Positions 49,614-64,000 of a stretch of DNA of 64,000 bases are shown one piece after another. Within the stretch, counting starts at the first letter, position 1. Every line of letters begins with the position of its first letter. Position numbers and translations under genes: made by a program. The notes under the pieces are model-generated. The model was not told the origin of the DNA, did no database searches, and worked only from the letters and a program-made list of their open reading frames with translations. The DNA is from Piromyces finnis finn (taxonomy: Eukaryota; Fungi; Neocallimastigomycota), in assembly GCA_002104945.1 (NCBI GenBank), contig MCFH01000001.1, positions 2,294,001-2,358,000 on the forward strand. Direction: 5' to 3'.

Positions 49614-52425
49614 ATGAAAATATTTCATATTACTTTATGTATTTTACTTTTAGGTAATCATATAAAGAAAAATTTTAAGTTATAAAATGTATTATATATT
49701 ATTATATATATTAATAAATAAAAATACTTTTTTTTAAAGCATTGTTAACCAGTGCTAAATTCTGGGATAATATTAAAAGAACTGAACTTTATGAGATGTT
49801 AGATAAGAAGGTACCTGAAATACGTATCACAATGCCAGAAAGTTCATGGAACGAAATGGTTGAAAAAGCACAAATTGAATATCAATCGGATAGAACAGGT
49901 TTTGGCGTTGAGGCTGATATGAAATTCATTTATGAAAAGTAAATATAGTGATAATATGATATTATTTAATTATTTTAAATATTAAAATCCCATAATTCTT
50001 GATATTATAATTATTATAGAAATGAAGAAGATTTTAAAATAAATTTCAAATTAGGTGGAAAATCAACCACATCTTTTTCGAAACCAGGCTATAACATTAA
50101 AATTAAAGATGGCAAAAATTTACATGGTACTAAAAACTTTCGTTTAAGAAGTGATCAACGAGATGTATCTATGATGAGATCAAAAATTACTACTGATATT
50201 TTACAAAAAAGTGGTTTAATTGCTGTTGAGACTGGCTACACTGAATTATATGTAAATGATGAATATATGGGACTGTAAGTAAAAATATAAATATTTTATA
50301 TAATAATATAATAATACTATAGTATTATTATATATTATGTATAGAAAAAAACAATAGAATTAGTGCTTTTATGATAGAAAAGTATTAAATAATATATAGA
50401 AAAACAAAGATATAAAATATTTAAAATTATTTCCATTATAATATAATAATTTACTCTAATTTAAATTTATTATAATTTAAAGTTTATATTAAAATTTAAT
50501 TAATATTTAATATATTCAATTGATTAAATTTTTTTTATTTTATAATATTAAATAATTAATTTTTATAAAAATAATTTTACTTAACTAATTATAAAGTTGG
50601 GTAATTTCAGATTCCATTAAAAATCATTGGATTAAAAGAAAGTTTGGTGACAATGGTGAAGAAATTAAAACTTTATATGAATGTAATGGTGATGTTATTA
50701 GATTTGATGACGGCTCTGCTAAAACTAAATGTATTAATAAAAATGATGAATATTCAGATTATATGGAACCATTTAATGTAAATATTATTTTATAATATAT
50801 ATAAATTTTAATTTATATCATAGTAATTAATGATTAAAATATAATAGACTTTTGTTGATCAAGTTAATGCTGCAAAAACAAGGCAAGATTTAGAAGAAAT
50901 TATGGATGTTGATAACTTTATTAAATAGTATGCATATAATTTTTAATATATCCCTTAATATTTAAAAAATTATAATATTATTAAACTAATTATAATATTA
51001 TTTTTTTTATTTAATAATAGTATGGCTTGGGAATGGTTAATGGGTTCATTTGATCACTTTTTGAGTTATTATGGCCATAATCTATGTTGGTATAAACAAC
51101 CAAACGATAAATGGATTTATATTCCATATGATCATGATATTGAAATGGGTCAAGATGAATATATTGGATTTTATCCAAATAGAACCTTTAACCATGGTAA
51201 TGATATTGATTTTACAAACCTCTCATTTAAAGAATTCGAATTAGATCATCCAATTATTCAAGTTTTAATTAATGATGATGATACAGTCTTCCGTGAATTA
51301 CTTGATGATATTATTAGTAAAGTATTTAATCCTGATACTTTACTTCTCCACATTGATGAAGTTAGAAGTTTAATTGGTCCATATGTTAAAAAAGACAGAG
51401 AAAGTGGAGCAGGAAAAATAAAGTAACTATTTTAATAACCAATTTAAATACTATAATAATTAAATTTATATACAAATTAATTAAAATTATTTTTTTTATT
51501 TTACTATTTCAAGTAAAATTGGTAAAGACACCCGATTTACTTATGACCATTTTCTTTTAAATACAGAGTATACTTATATATATGATTGGATTACAGGCTT
51601 TAGAAGTTATGGACTTAAAGATTGGATTCGTCGTCGTTACAATTTTGCTGCTGCATATTACGGTATAAATACGAATTCAACATCTTCTAATGAAAAACAT
51701 AAATTAATTGAACCAAGACCAGAACCAATTAAATATTCATATAGAACAATTGTTTTTATGGATGAGGCTGATATAGAAGAAATCTACTATCTTAATTTTG
51801 ATAATAAATATCTTCCAGAATATACACCTGATGAAGGTTATGCTGATGATAGAATACCAATATTAGGTGTTAACCAGTATAATCTTGAAAGAGAAGAAAG
51901 TATTAATTCTACTATTAATAATAATTCTACAGAAACTTCAACAACTCAACCATCTTTAGATGAAAATGTATGTTGGTCTGAAGCTCTTGGTTATAAATGT
52001 TGTTCTAGTGGATGTAATTCTATCGTAATATTCACTGATGAAAACGGTTCATGGAGTGCTGAAAATAATGAATGGTAGATATTGAATTAACTTAATTATT
52101 TAATATAATTTTTATTTCGTAATAATAAATTTTTTAAAATAATTATATAAACTTTTATTATAAAATAATAGGTGTGGTATTCCAGCAAGCTGTGATTACA
52201 GTGAATGTCCTGGTTTGAAACTAGGTTATAAATGTTGTAAAGATTGTGTAGTATTCTCTGAAGATGATGATGGCCTATGGGGTATTGAAAATAATTATGT
52301 ATGTACTATTAAAAAATATTAAGTTTTTTTATTCAATATAATATATCCTATTTCTAATATTAATTTTTTAATATTTATTTTTTTATTAATAGTGGTGTAG
52401 TATAAAGCCAACTTGTAATTTGTAA
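49614..52425 (+). CDS. cotH: Secreted CotH-family kinase with two C-terminal fungal dockerins (multi-exon)
   Basis: Spliced signal peptide MKIFHITLCILLLALLTSA (exon 1 49614-49653, exon 2 from 49740). CotH-type motifs LGGKSTTSFSKPGYNIK, FRLRSDQRD, ELYVNDEYMGL, FDHF..GHN and WIYIPYDHD. Two GYKCC..W..ENN.WC dockerins; stop at 52423-52425. Confidence 0.88.
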
Positions 52426-55400
52426 TAAAATTATTATTTATAATATTAATTTCAATCATCATATAATATTTAAAAAAAAGAGAATGCCTTTATAATAGCC
52501 TCAAATATACCAATAATTTTTAATTTGCTTTTAAAAAATGTGATTTTCAAATATTTTATTTTTTATTATATTGTATATATTTTTTATATAAACAACTACA
52601 ATAACATTAAAAAAAATATTGGCTATTAATTAGTAAAGTAGTAAATTTAATATATTAATAAAAAAATATAAATTAAATTAAAAATATATTATTATTATAC
52701 ATCATGAATCACTTTTTTCTTTTAATTAATAATTCCGTTAAAAAAAAAAATTTTTTTTTCTTTATTAAAATTAAATATATATATTAGGTTTTAAAGAACT
52801 GAAATAATAATTTAAATTTTAATTTTGTATTATTAATTAAAATAGCCTATTATTATTTAATTTATTAATTAAATATATTAATTTTCAATTTATTTTTCTT
52901 TTCTTTTTTTAAAAAAGGAAATATTATGGAATTCGTGTAACGACTATTTTAAATTTTATTTTATATAATTTTCGATATAACTATTCTTTATAAATTTTAA
53001 TTAATTAGAAAGATTAATCAATAGATGCTAAATTTTAATTTTATTATTTAACTTAAAATTATGTTGACATTTTTATTGTGGTATATGGAATTATTTCCTA
53101 TATCTTTGGTTTAGTTGTATGTATATGATTTTGATAAATTTTTTTTTAAAATTATGTTTTATAAAAAATACATTAAAATATATAAATTTTCATTTTTATT
53201 ATATGTATATTTTTGTTTTGAAACCTTTATGTAATTATCATAATATTTTGACTATTTTATATATAGTATAAATAATATATATTATATAACCAAAAGTTAA
53301 TAGATATAAAAAGATATTATCTATTAACAAATTAAAAATAAATTAAAAATTTTAATTCAAAATGGAACAGAATTTTTAATTAATAATAAAATAATTATTT
53401 TTAAATTAATATCTTTTTTTTAAAATGAATAATATGATTAATTATGAATAATTTGATTTTCTATTAATAATAATTAATAAAAATGTAAATGTATTTTTTT
53501 TATAATATATTGTAATTTTTATTAATATAATAATAAAAGTCAATATTTTAAAAAATGTATATTGTTTCTTTGTAAATATTCATTAATTTTGGTAATATAA
53601 TTTTTCAATATATTATTTTATATAAGATGTATTTATTATAATATTTAAATAAAATATAAATAAAATATATATTATTATATTAATTAAAATAGAAAATAGA
53701 ATTGTGTTGTATTTTACATATTTTGATATTTGCTTTATTTACTTTTTAAAAGGAAAAATAATTTCTATTATTAATTATTATTAATTATTTATGAATATAT
53801 AACTGAAAATATGTAGAAACAGGCCATTTACATTATTAATTCTATGTATCAAGATATAATTATAGTAAATATAATATTAATATTTTATTTACAATTTCAT
53901 ATTATTAAATGTATATATTTATATTTACCTTAATATGTTAATACTAATATATGGCTTTTAAATGAATTATTATTTATTATAAGCTTCATTATTGGAAATT
54001 CATTTCAAGTTATATTAATTTTTTTTAATAAATCAATTCATTTATAAAAATAATATTGTATAATAATCAAAAAGGGAAAAGAATTAAATAAAAAATAAAA
54101 ATATATTATGAATAAAAAAATAGATATTTGTATAATTAAAATAACAAAGGATTAATATCAACCATTATATGATATGATACATTTATTAATAATATAGATT
54201 ATATTTTTGTAAATTATTTCATAATAAATTTATAGATAATTCATTTTTAAATTATTATTATGATTTTTTTTATTATTATATAATCATATTATTATTGTTG
54301 TTATTATTTAATATTATTATTATGTTTATTATTATGTTTATTAGAATTAGTCAAAAAAAAAAAAAAAAAAAAAAAAAAAACATATTTTGTTTCCTATTCA
54401 ATATAAAATTTTCAAAATATAATTTAATATTTTTTAAGATTTGGGTAAATTAATAAAAATTGAAAATTAATTATTTTTTATAAAAAACTATGGACAAATC
54501 AATTTTTCAAAATTAAATATTTAAAAAATTTTTTTCATAAAAAATATTTTTGAAACATTTTATAAAAATGTTTCATTTAAATATCTCATGACTTCATAAT
54601 ATAATATTTCCCCAAATTTTATTATAATTATAATAAAAATATTTTATTTGTTTCACTTTATTTTTATTATAGTACAGACTATTTTTATTGATATATTTTT
54701 ATTTCTTTTTATGTTTTTTTACATATTCAAAACTATTTCTTTTAATACATATGATAATTAAAAAAATTGTAAAGTCTTACTTTAGATAAGCATAGAATAT
54801 ATATATCCTTTTTTATTTAATAAAAATGATTAACTTGAATAAAATAAATAATTGTGTAAAACAATAAATCAATATATTTATTATATATGTAATATTACTT
54901 ATTTTTCAATCTGTCTTTTTTTTTTTATTATTATGAATTAATTAGAAATTTTATTAATTAGTTTAAACAATATAAAGTTCATATACTGAAAAGTGTTTTT
55001 TTTTTTGTAATATAAATTTAACCAAGTAAATTATGATAATGAATTTTTCTATATGTAATTTAATAAATTGGATTTCTGATTTCTTAAAAAAAATTAATAT
55101 GAATAATGTGCATATTTTGGTTTATATCTTATGAAAAAAAAAAATAAAATAAATAACGAACAATAAAATATTTATTTTCATATATATATTTTTTAAAAAA
55201 TGACTTTTTACAAAATTTTTCCTACTTGTAGTAATGGTACTTATCAAATAAAATATATCTGATTTAATAAGTCATTCGCAGTTTCACAATTTAGAACTGT
55301 TTATAATTAGACTTGTATGACTTAATCTTTAAGATAAATATTTGACTACTAGCAGTAACAATTAAGTAAATATCTTATAAAAAAAAGGAAGAGAAAACTT

Positions 55401-55904
55401 GCTTTTTCTTTTCTTTTTTTTTTTTTCAAAAATAAACGAAAACTTTTATAAGATAAAATTATATAGTATCAAGATTAATAATTGTAAAAATAAAACCAAC
55501 CATGTAAATAATTATTAAAACCAAAATTGTAAAATTATCTACAATTAATTATATTTAATAATTATTATAATTTTCATTAAGCCGTTACATCTTCCAAAAA
55601 GGTTTCCTAAATATTTTATTATAAAATGTCTTCATTAACTAAAGCATTATGAAACTTTTATAATATAAATTCTCATTGTTTAATTAAAAGCATTACAGTA
55701 TTTAGTATTTTATAAGAAAAATTATTCAGATATTGTAGGACTTACCATTAAGTTTATTATATTATAATTTAAGTAATAATTATAAACAATATAATAATAA
55801 TTAATATATAATAAATAATTTCTGAATTATTATATATATTAAATAGATTAAAAACCTTCTATTTACTAAAAATATATAATTTTATATAAATAAAAAAGAA
55901 CATA

Positions 55905-56476
55905 CAGGGAACGTTTGCATATTGATTTCATAAAACAATACAAATTATTTTATGACAGTATGTCCAATGGAAAGAAATATTTTAATCAATGGAATGAAAC
56001 AAATACATTATTTGCAATATATTTAAGATATTAATGATGTTAATCACATAAATAATAATAAAACAATTAATGAAAAATTAAGTGACATTATCAATATCAT
56101 GTTTAAAAAAATTGAAAATATGTATGAAGTTGGAGGAAAAAATTTTAAGATTTTAAATATATTTCCAATAGATCAGTCCCCTTTAAATTATAGTGGAAAA
56201 CATAATCATTTGAAAGATCAAGTCTACAATTCATTGTTAAGTGAAAAATCTAAAACTTTATATAATAAGCATGATGACATCAGTGTCATTGTTTATAATA
56301 CTCATGAAGAATATAAATATATATTAAGAAATTACAGAAATTTTAATTTCAAGTTCATAAATAAAATGTGTAAATTTAATGAAAAAAACAAAGTAAGAAA
56401 CTGCAATGAATATCACTGGTATGATCGTACACATATAACTGAAAAGGGATATCAAAAGATATATATGAATTATTAA
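55905..56476 (+). pseudogene. Degenerate SGNH/GDSL esterase (CE16-like), 3' part
   Basis: W.ETNTLFAI then (frameshift) INDV, GGKNFKILNIFPIDQSP, and C-terminal WYDRTHIT (DxxH). An in-frame TAA precedes INDV. No GDS motif recognised upstream. Confidence 0.5.
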
Positions 56477-57129
56477 AATCAATAAATAAAAATAAATAAG
56501 TATAAATGTGAAATTGAGATTTTATTATTATAATAATATTTCAAAAAAAAAAAAAAAGATTGTAATTTTTAAAATAAAATTTTAATTATATTATAAATTC
56601 ATAAGATTAATTATTTTAAAATAATAATTTATTTAAAAAAGATATATTTATAGCTAAAAAAAAATAAATATTATATAAAAATTTTTATCTTAAAAATGAG
56701 ATAATTTTTTAATTTTTGAAGGAATAATTCCAGTTAAACTTTGGTAGTGTAAATCGCTATTTAATTATTGATTCATTTTACCTTTTAATTATAAAAACAT
56801 TATTTTAAAATGTATAAAACTTAATATTTATATTATAACAATAATAAATAAAAATGTATTATAAATTTTTTATTTTATATCATTTAATATGTTTTACATT
56901 TTTGTAATATGAAATTCTTTATTTTGATTATCTTAATTATTCACTGCTGAATATTCAATACCTTTTATTTTATAACAATTAATTTAATTATTGATATTAT
57001 CAATATTATACTACCATAAACTTTTGATATAACTACATTCTCCAAAAATTATTTATCTTTATTTTATTCTTCACATCCATTATTATTAATTTATATATTT
57101 AAAATCATTAATTAATATATTTAATTATT

Positions 57130-59266
57130 ATTAATGAAATTTAGAGTTTCTATAAATTTATTATCGTAATAATATTGAGCTCTGATTGAATTTCCTTTGA
57201 GACCTTTCTAATAAAAGTTTTTAACTGCTTTAATATCTCCATGCTTCTTTAATTTTTTATCAATTGTCCTACTTGATTTTCACCATGTATATTTTCTAAA
57301 TTTAGGAATGTAATTGACAAGATTTGAGATAATATAATTTGAGTTTTTCCACTTGTTAAAACATCTAACCTGAGCTAATACGCATTTGACTTACAATGGA
57401 AAATATTCAAATTTTATGAAATAGAGTATAGAGATATAAACAATACAGCTTTATGAACTCCGGCAACTCATCGTATTTCTTTGTTAACATGCTTCTGAGT
57501 AATCCTAGGCCTAGCTTTGTTGGATCCAAGTAATGGAGCAAAGTATGAAACTCTGCTAATCACTTGTGAGTTAAGTACAAGCTTTTTGAAAGAAATAAGA
57601 ATATTAAGATTTCTTAAGAATTTGCTGACTGAGAAAAAATTTTTTCAAAACCTTGTTATTAAGGGCCAAATTTTTATCAAATGGAACATAAAGATAAGTG
57701 TAGCAACCAATAGTTGGAATGGGTTGTCCTGCTAAGTAAAATGTTGGGTCTTTCTTGTTCTGATTTTCTGTTGATTCAGGACGAATCACTATCGTTGAAC
57801 ATTTCTGGATACCAAATTCCATTGAATTATGCAAAGCCCATTCGTTAACTCTTTTTAGTAACTTTTTTTAAGCATTTTCTTGATGGAGCACAAATAACTA
57901 TATCATCTGAAAAAAGTCTACCACAGCATCGAATTCCTCCTAAACTGACTCCGAGATCTTCACATTCTTTAAAAATATTATTAATAAAGAGATTAAAAAG
58001 AATAGGAGAAAGTGGGCAACTTTGATGGACTACTTTCTTCACATCAAAAGATTTCGAGAATTAACCATCTAATTTGACATTAGCCCTAGATATTAAATAT
58101 AAATTTTTAATAAATTGTAAGCTCTTACTTCTAATACCTAAACAATCTAATTTATGGAGGATATTACCGATTGGGACTGAATAGTATACTTTTCTGAAAT
58201 CTAAAAAAACCAAGTATATCTCTTTATTATTTAATTAACGTCTACGACAAATTTCTTGGATAGAAATGAAAAGACTGATAATCTTTTCCTTTTTTCTAAA
58301 ACCATATTGCTCGGGTCTAATGAAATTATTCTTAAGATCATATTCTGAAATTCTAGTGGTGATAATTAGATCAACTTAATATCATTATTGATAAGTGATA
58401 TATCTTGGTCGGTAGTTATCACAATCTGTCAAATCTCCCATTTTAGAAATAGAAGCAATACTAAATTTATTCCAAGAGTTGGGGAAGTCTATATCCCAAA
58501 TACGATTGAATAATTTATTACTAAAATTTAACCCATTAACATCATTGTTAGAAGTAGTATTATAAGAAGAATTATTATTTATTTCATTATTAGAATCATT
58601 ACCTGAAAGAATTAATGCTTTATAGAATTTAACCGGGATACCATCCAAACCTGATGCTTTATAATTTGGAGTAGAGAGATAGCTGACTTGACTTCATCAA
58701 TACTAATATCTTAGTTGATATTCCATTCCTCAAGCATAGGTAGTGAAAAACACTTATTCGTTGTTTCTGTTGTTTCTTTCAACAACCCAAATCAAGACTT
58801 GCACCACTTGGATCAAATGCAAGATTTTCGTAGTCATGCCACACCTCTTGTTGTTCTTCCGTAACAACAACTAAAACTTCACTTTTATTTTTAATTGATT
58901 GAGCAGGAAAAAATATATCTTTTTCAATTTTTGCAGTTTTCTTGATCTATTTCCAAGCCTTCTTAGGGTTATGACTCTTCACATACTCACAACCTGTTTT
59001 AATCCAATGAAAATATTCTTGTTTTCTATACTCATTACATTTTTTGTGGATGTAATCGATGAGCTTATGGTAGATTTTAATCCTTTTAATAAATTTATCT
59101 ATATTATATACTCTTTCTTTTTTAAATCTCTTATACAACTTCATTTTGATTTTCTGAAGATTAAAAATCTTTACTAAATTTGATATTTTTTATTTATTTA
59201 GATTTTTCTATTGTAAAAGTTAAAAGAGATTTTTCTACCTGTAGTATTACTATTAATGGTTCTACA
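57130..59266 (-). mobile_element. Degenerate LINE family 1, reverse-transcriptase region
   Basis: Minus-strand remnants TPNYKASGLDGIPVKFYKAL, GDLTDCDNYRP, QSCPLSPILFNLFIN, LFSDDIVI and FGIQKCS with many frameshifts. The 3' part matches copy A 3180-3709. Confidence 0.85.
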
Positions 59267-59692
59267 TTTGCCTATAGTTTCTACTAGCTATTGAAAGCAA
59301 GAAGCGAATACAAGTTGAATGCTAGAGTTGTAAATACTGCTAAATTTGTTAATCCGGTTTGTCCTAACTACCATCCATGTTGTAATAGTGGTAATCAAAA
59401 TATAAAATATTGGTTATTAGATTGTCCAACTTTTATTAAACATTATGATTCCATAGTCCAGCTATTAAATTTTTTCAGTCAACGTAATTCCAATAGTCCT
59501 ATCAATAATATTGAAAATGATAATAACAGTAGAGACAGCAATAATATTATTAGTAATAGTAACAATAGTGGTAATAATAGTAACAATAGTAATAATAGCA
59601 ATAGTAGTAGTAGAAATAGTAATACTAATAATAGTAATAATATTAGTAATAATAGCAATAGTGAAGATAATAATTCTAATTTAGATAGTAAT
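59267..59692 (+). mobile_element. LINE family 1 fragment (Cys/His knuckle + Asn-rich tract), opposite orientation to the adjacent RT region
   Basis: TTTGCCTATAGTTTCTACTAGCTATTGAAAGCAAG matches copy A from 3731. ORF 59291..59719 aligns with copy A residues KARSGYKL...SNLDSN. Confidence 0.85.
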
Positions 59693-61143
59693 TTTTTTCA
59701 AAGATTTTCTTTGCAATGAATACACTATGAGGATTATTCATTGGCAACAATATCTTTTATTTCGTTAAGCTTTTTATAAATTAATGACCATATTGTAATC
59801 AAGAAGAATTCCTAAGATACTTTCTCTTTAAATGTAATAAACTAACATTAATGGTTTGATAATCCAATCATCCTTTTCTATATTATATTTTAAAATATCT
59901 AAAAAATATAATTTAAAAATTAATATTATGGAAGAAACTTTAGTTTATTTTTGTTCTATATATTCTCATTACTTTATATTTATTTGTTTATTTTTATTCT
60001 CTAAAAGTATAACAAGCATATTTTCACTATTCTGATATATAGAGTAATTATAATAAATGTTTTTTATGATATATAATATATTTTCTATTTACATTTATTG
60101 GCTTTTCTTTATTTATTTAGATAGAATTTTTAAATTATTAATATGCCGTAATTATTAATAAAATAATATTTTTAATATTTTAAGTTCTATTTTTTTTATC
60201 TAAAGTTTATATTTATTTATTGTCCATTTAAAAATAAGTTTTGCTATTATTGCACAAAATATATATATTGAGATGTGGCTAATTCCTTTATAGCATTACA
60301 TAATTCAAACTATTTTATTTAAATATAAGAATTCGGCGGTACCAAACAAAATTTTTTTTGGTACCAATTAAATTTAATACCGAAAAAATTCCTTAAAATA
60401 AATTTTTTTATCTAATTATTAATTTATATTTATTTAATTAAATCATAAAAATGTTGGTTAAAATATAAACTTATGGTAAAATTAATTATAATCCATATTC
60501 TATTCGTAATGCCTAATATTTAATTTATAATAACATATAACATAACAGTTGGAAAAATGTATTTAAAAAATTATTTTAATTATTAAAACAGAATTCAATA
60601 ATTTATATAAAATAATGATTAACAAGTAAATAAACAATATAGATATTTTTCAAAAAAAAAAAGTCTTTTTATTTTTATGAAAAATATATATATATACTTA
60701 TATGTGTGATTATTGGTTAAATATTAAGAAAATAAAGGCAATAAGAAATATATATGAATTTAATGAATATAGTTATAAATAAATAATATAATATATATTT
60801 CAATTAAAATATATTAATTAATATAAAGAAACGAATTAAAAGTTAAATAAAATTTTTCTTTTATTATAGTAATAAATATATATTATATTTGTTCATATAT
60901 AATAATTATATTTAAATAATTATATATAGATGAGGATGAGAAATACATCAACTTTTTTTTTTAATAAAAAAAATAAAGCCTACCAATAAAAAAAAGTTTT
61001 GTTAATTAATCCCATTTTTATTTCCATTAAGAAATTTTAGTTTATTAATTTTTAAATGAATTTTTTTTATTACTATAATCTAAATATAGTATTTTTTATA
61101 ACATAATATTGAGAAGAAAAAAGTTTGGAAATAAATAATTAAT

Positions 61144-64000
<2,857 letters not shown>

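Noticed and set aside
55268-55326. Imperfect hairpin TAAGTCAT...ATGACTTA
   Set aside because: Short arms, large asymmetric interior, single copy; expected by chance at this composition.

Overview
Extremely AT-rich eukaryotic DNA. Fungal six-Cys dockerins (CBM10 family), XynA-type GH11 domains, a CotH-dockerin gene and short GT-AG introns point to an anaerobic gut fungus (Neocallimastigomycota). Positions 1-25.7 kb hold a tandem, same-strand array of intronless multi-domain enzymes built as GH11 xylanase(s) + dockerins + CE4 deacetylase: three complete genes, one running off the left edge, and one decapitated CE4 pseudogene. The CE4 domains alternate between two subtypes and the GH11 domains look homogenised by gene conversion. 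Further right are a 2205-aa intronless ankyrin-repeat protein, a 4-exon M3 metallopeptidase with a signal-like N-terminus, a multi-exon TmcB/TmcC-like membrane protein, a CotH kinase with two dockerins, a degenerate SGNH/GDSL esterase and a pseudogenised P5B-ATPase. The strongest unannotated signal is a set of non-LTR retroelements. There are two LINE families, plus a tRNA-headed SINE in three copies, one with a 12-bp target-site duplication (TSD). The SINE shares a ~50-nt segment with LINE family 1, including a compensatorily substituted AGGAG stem-loop. A ~600-nt LINE-tail retroposon has a fixed 5' end and occurs as a TSD-flanked dimer. There is also a 26-nt LINE micro-insertion with an 11-bp TSD and a LINE with a twin-priming-like inversion. 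All family names come from motifs read by eye; no database search was run.
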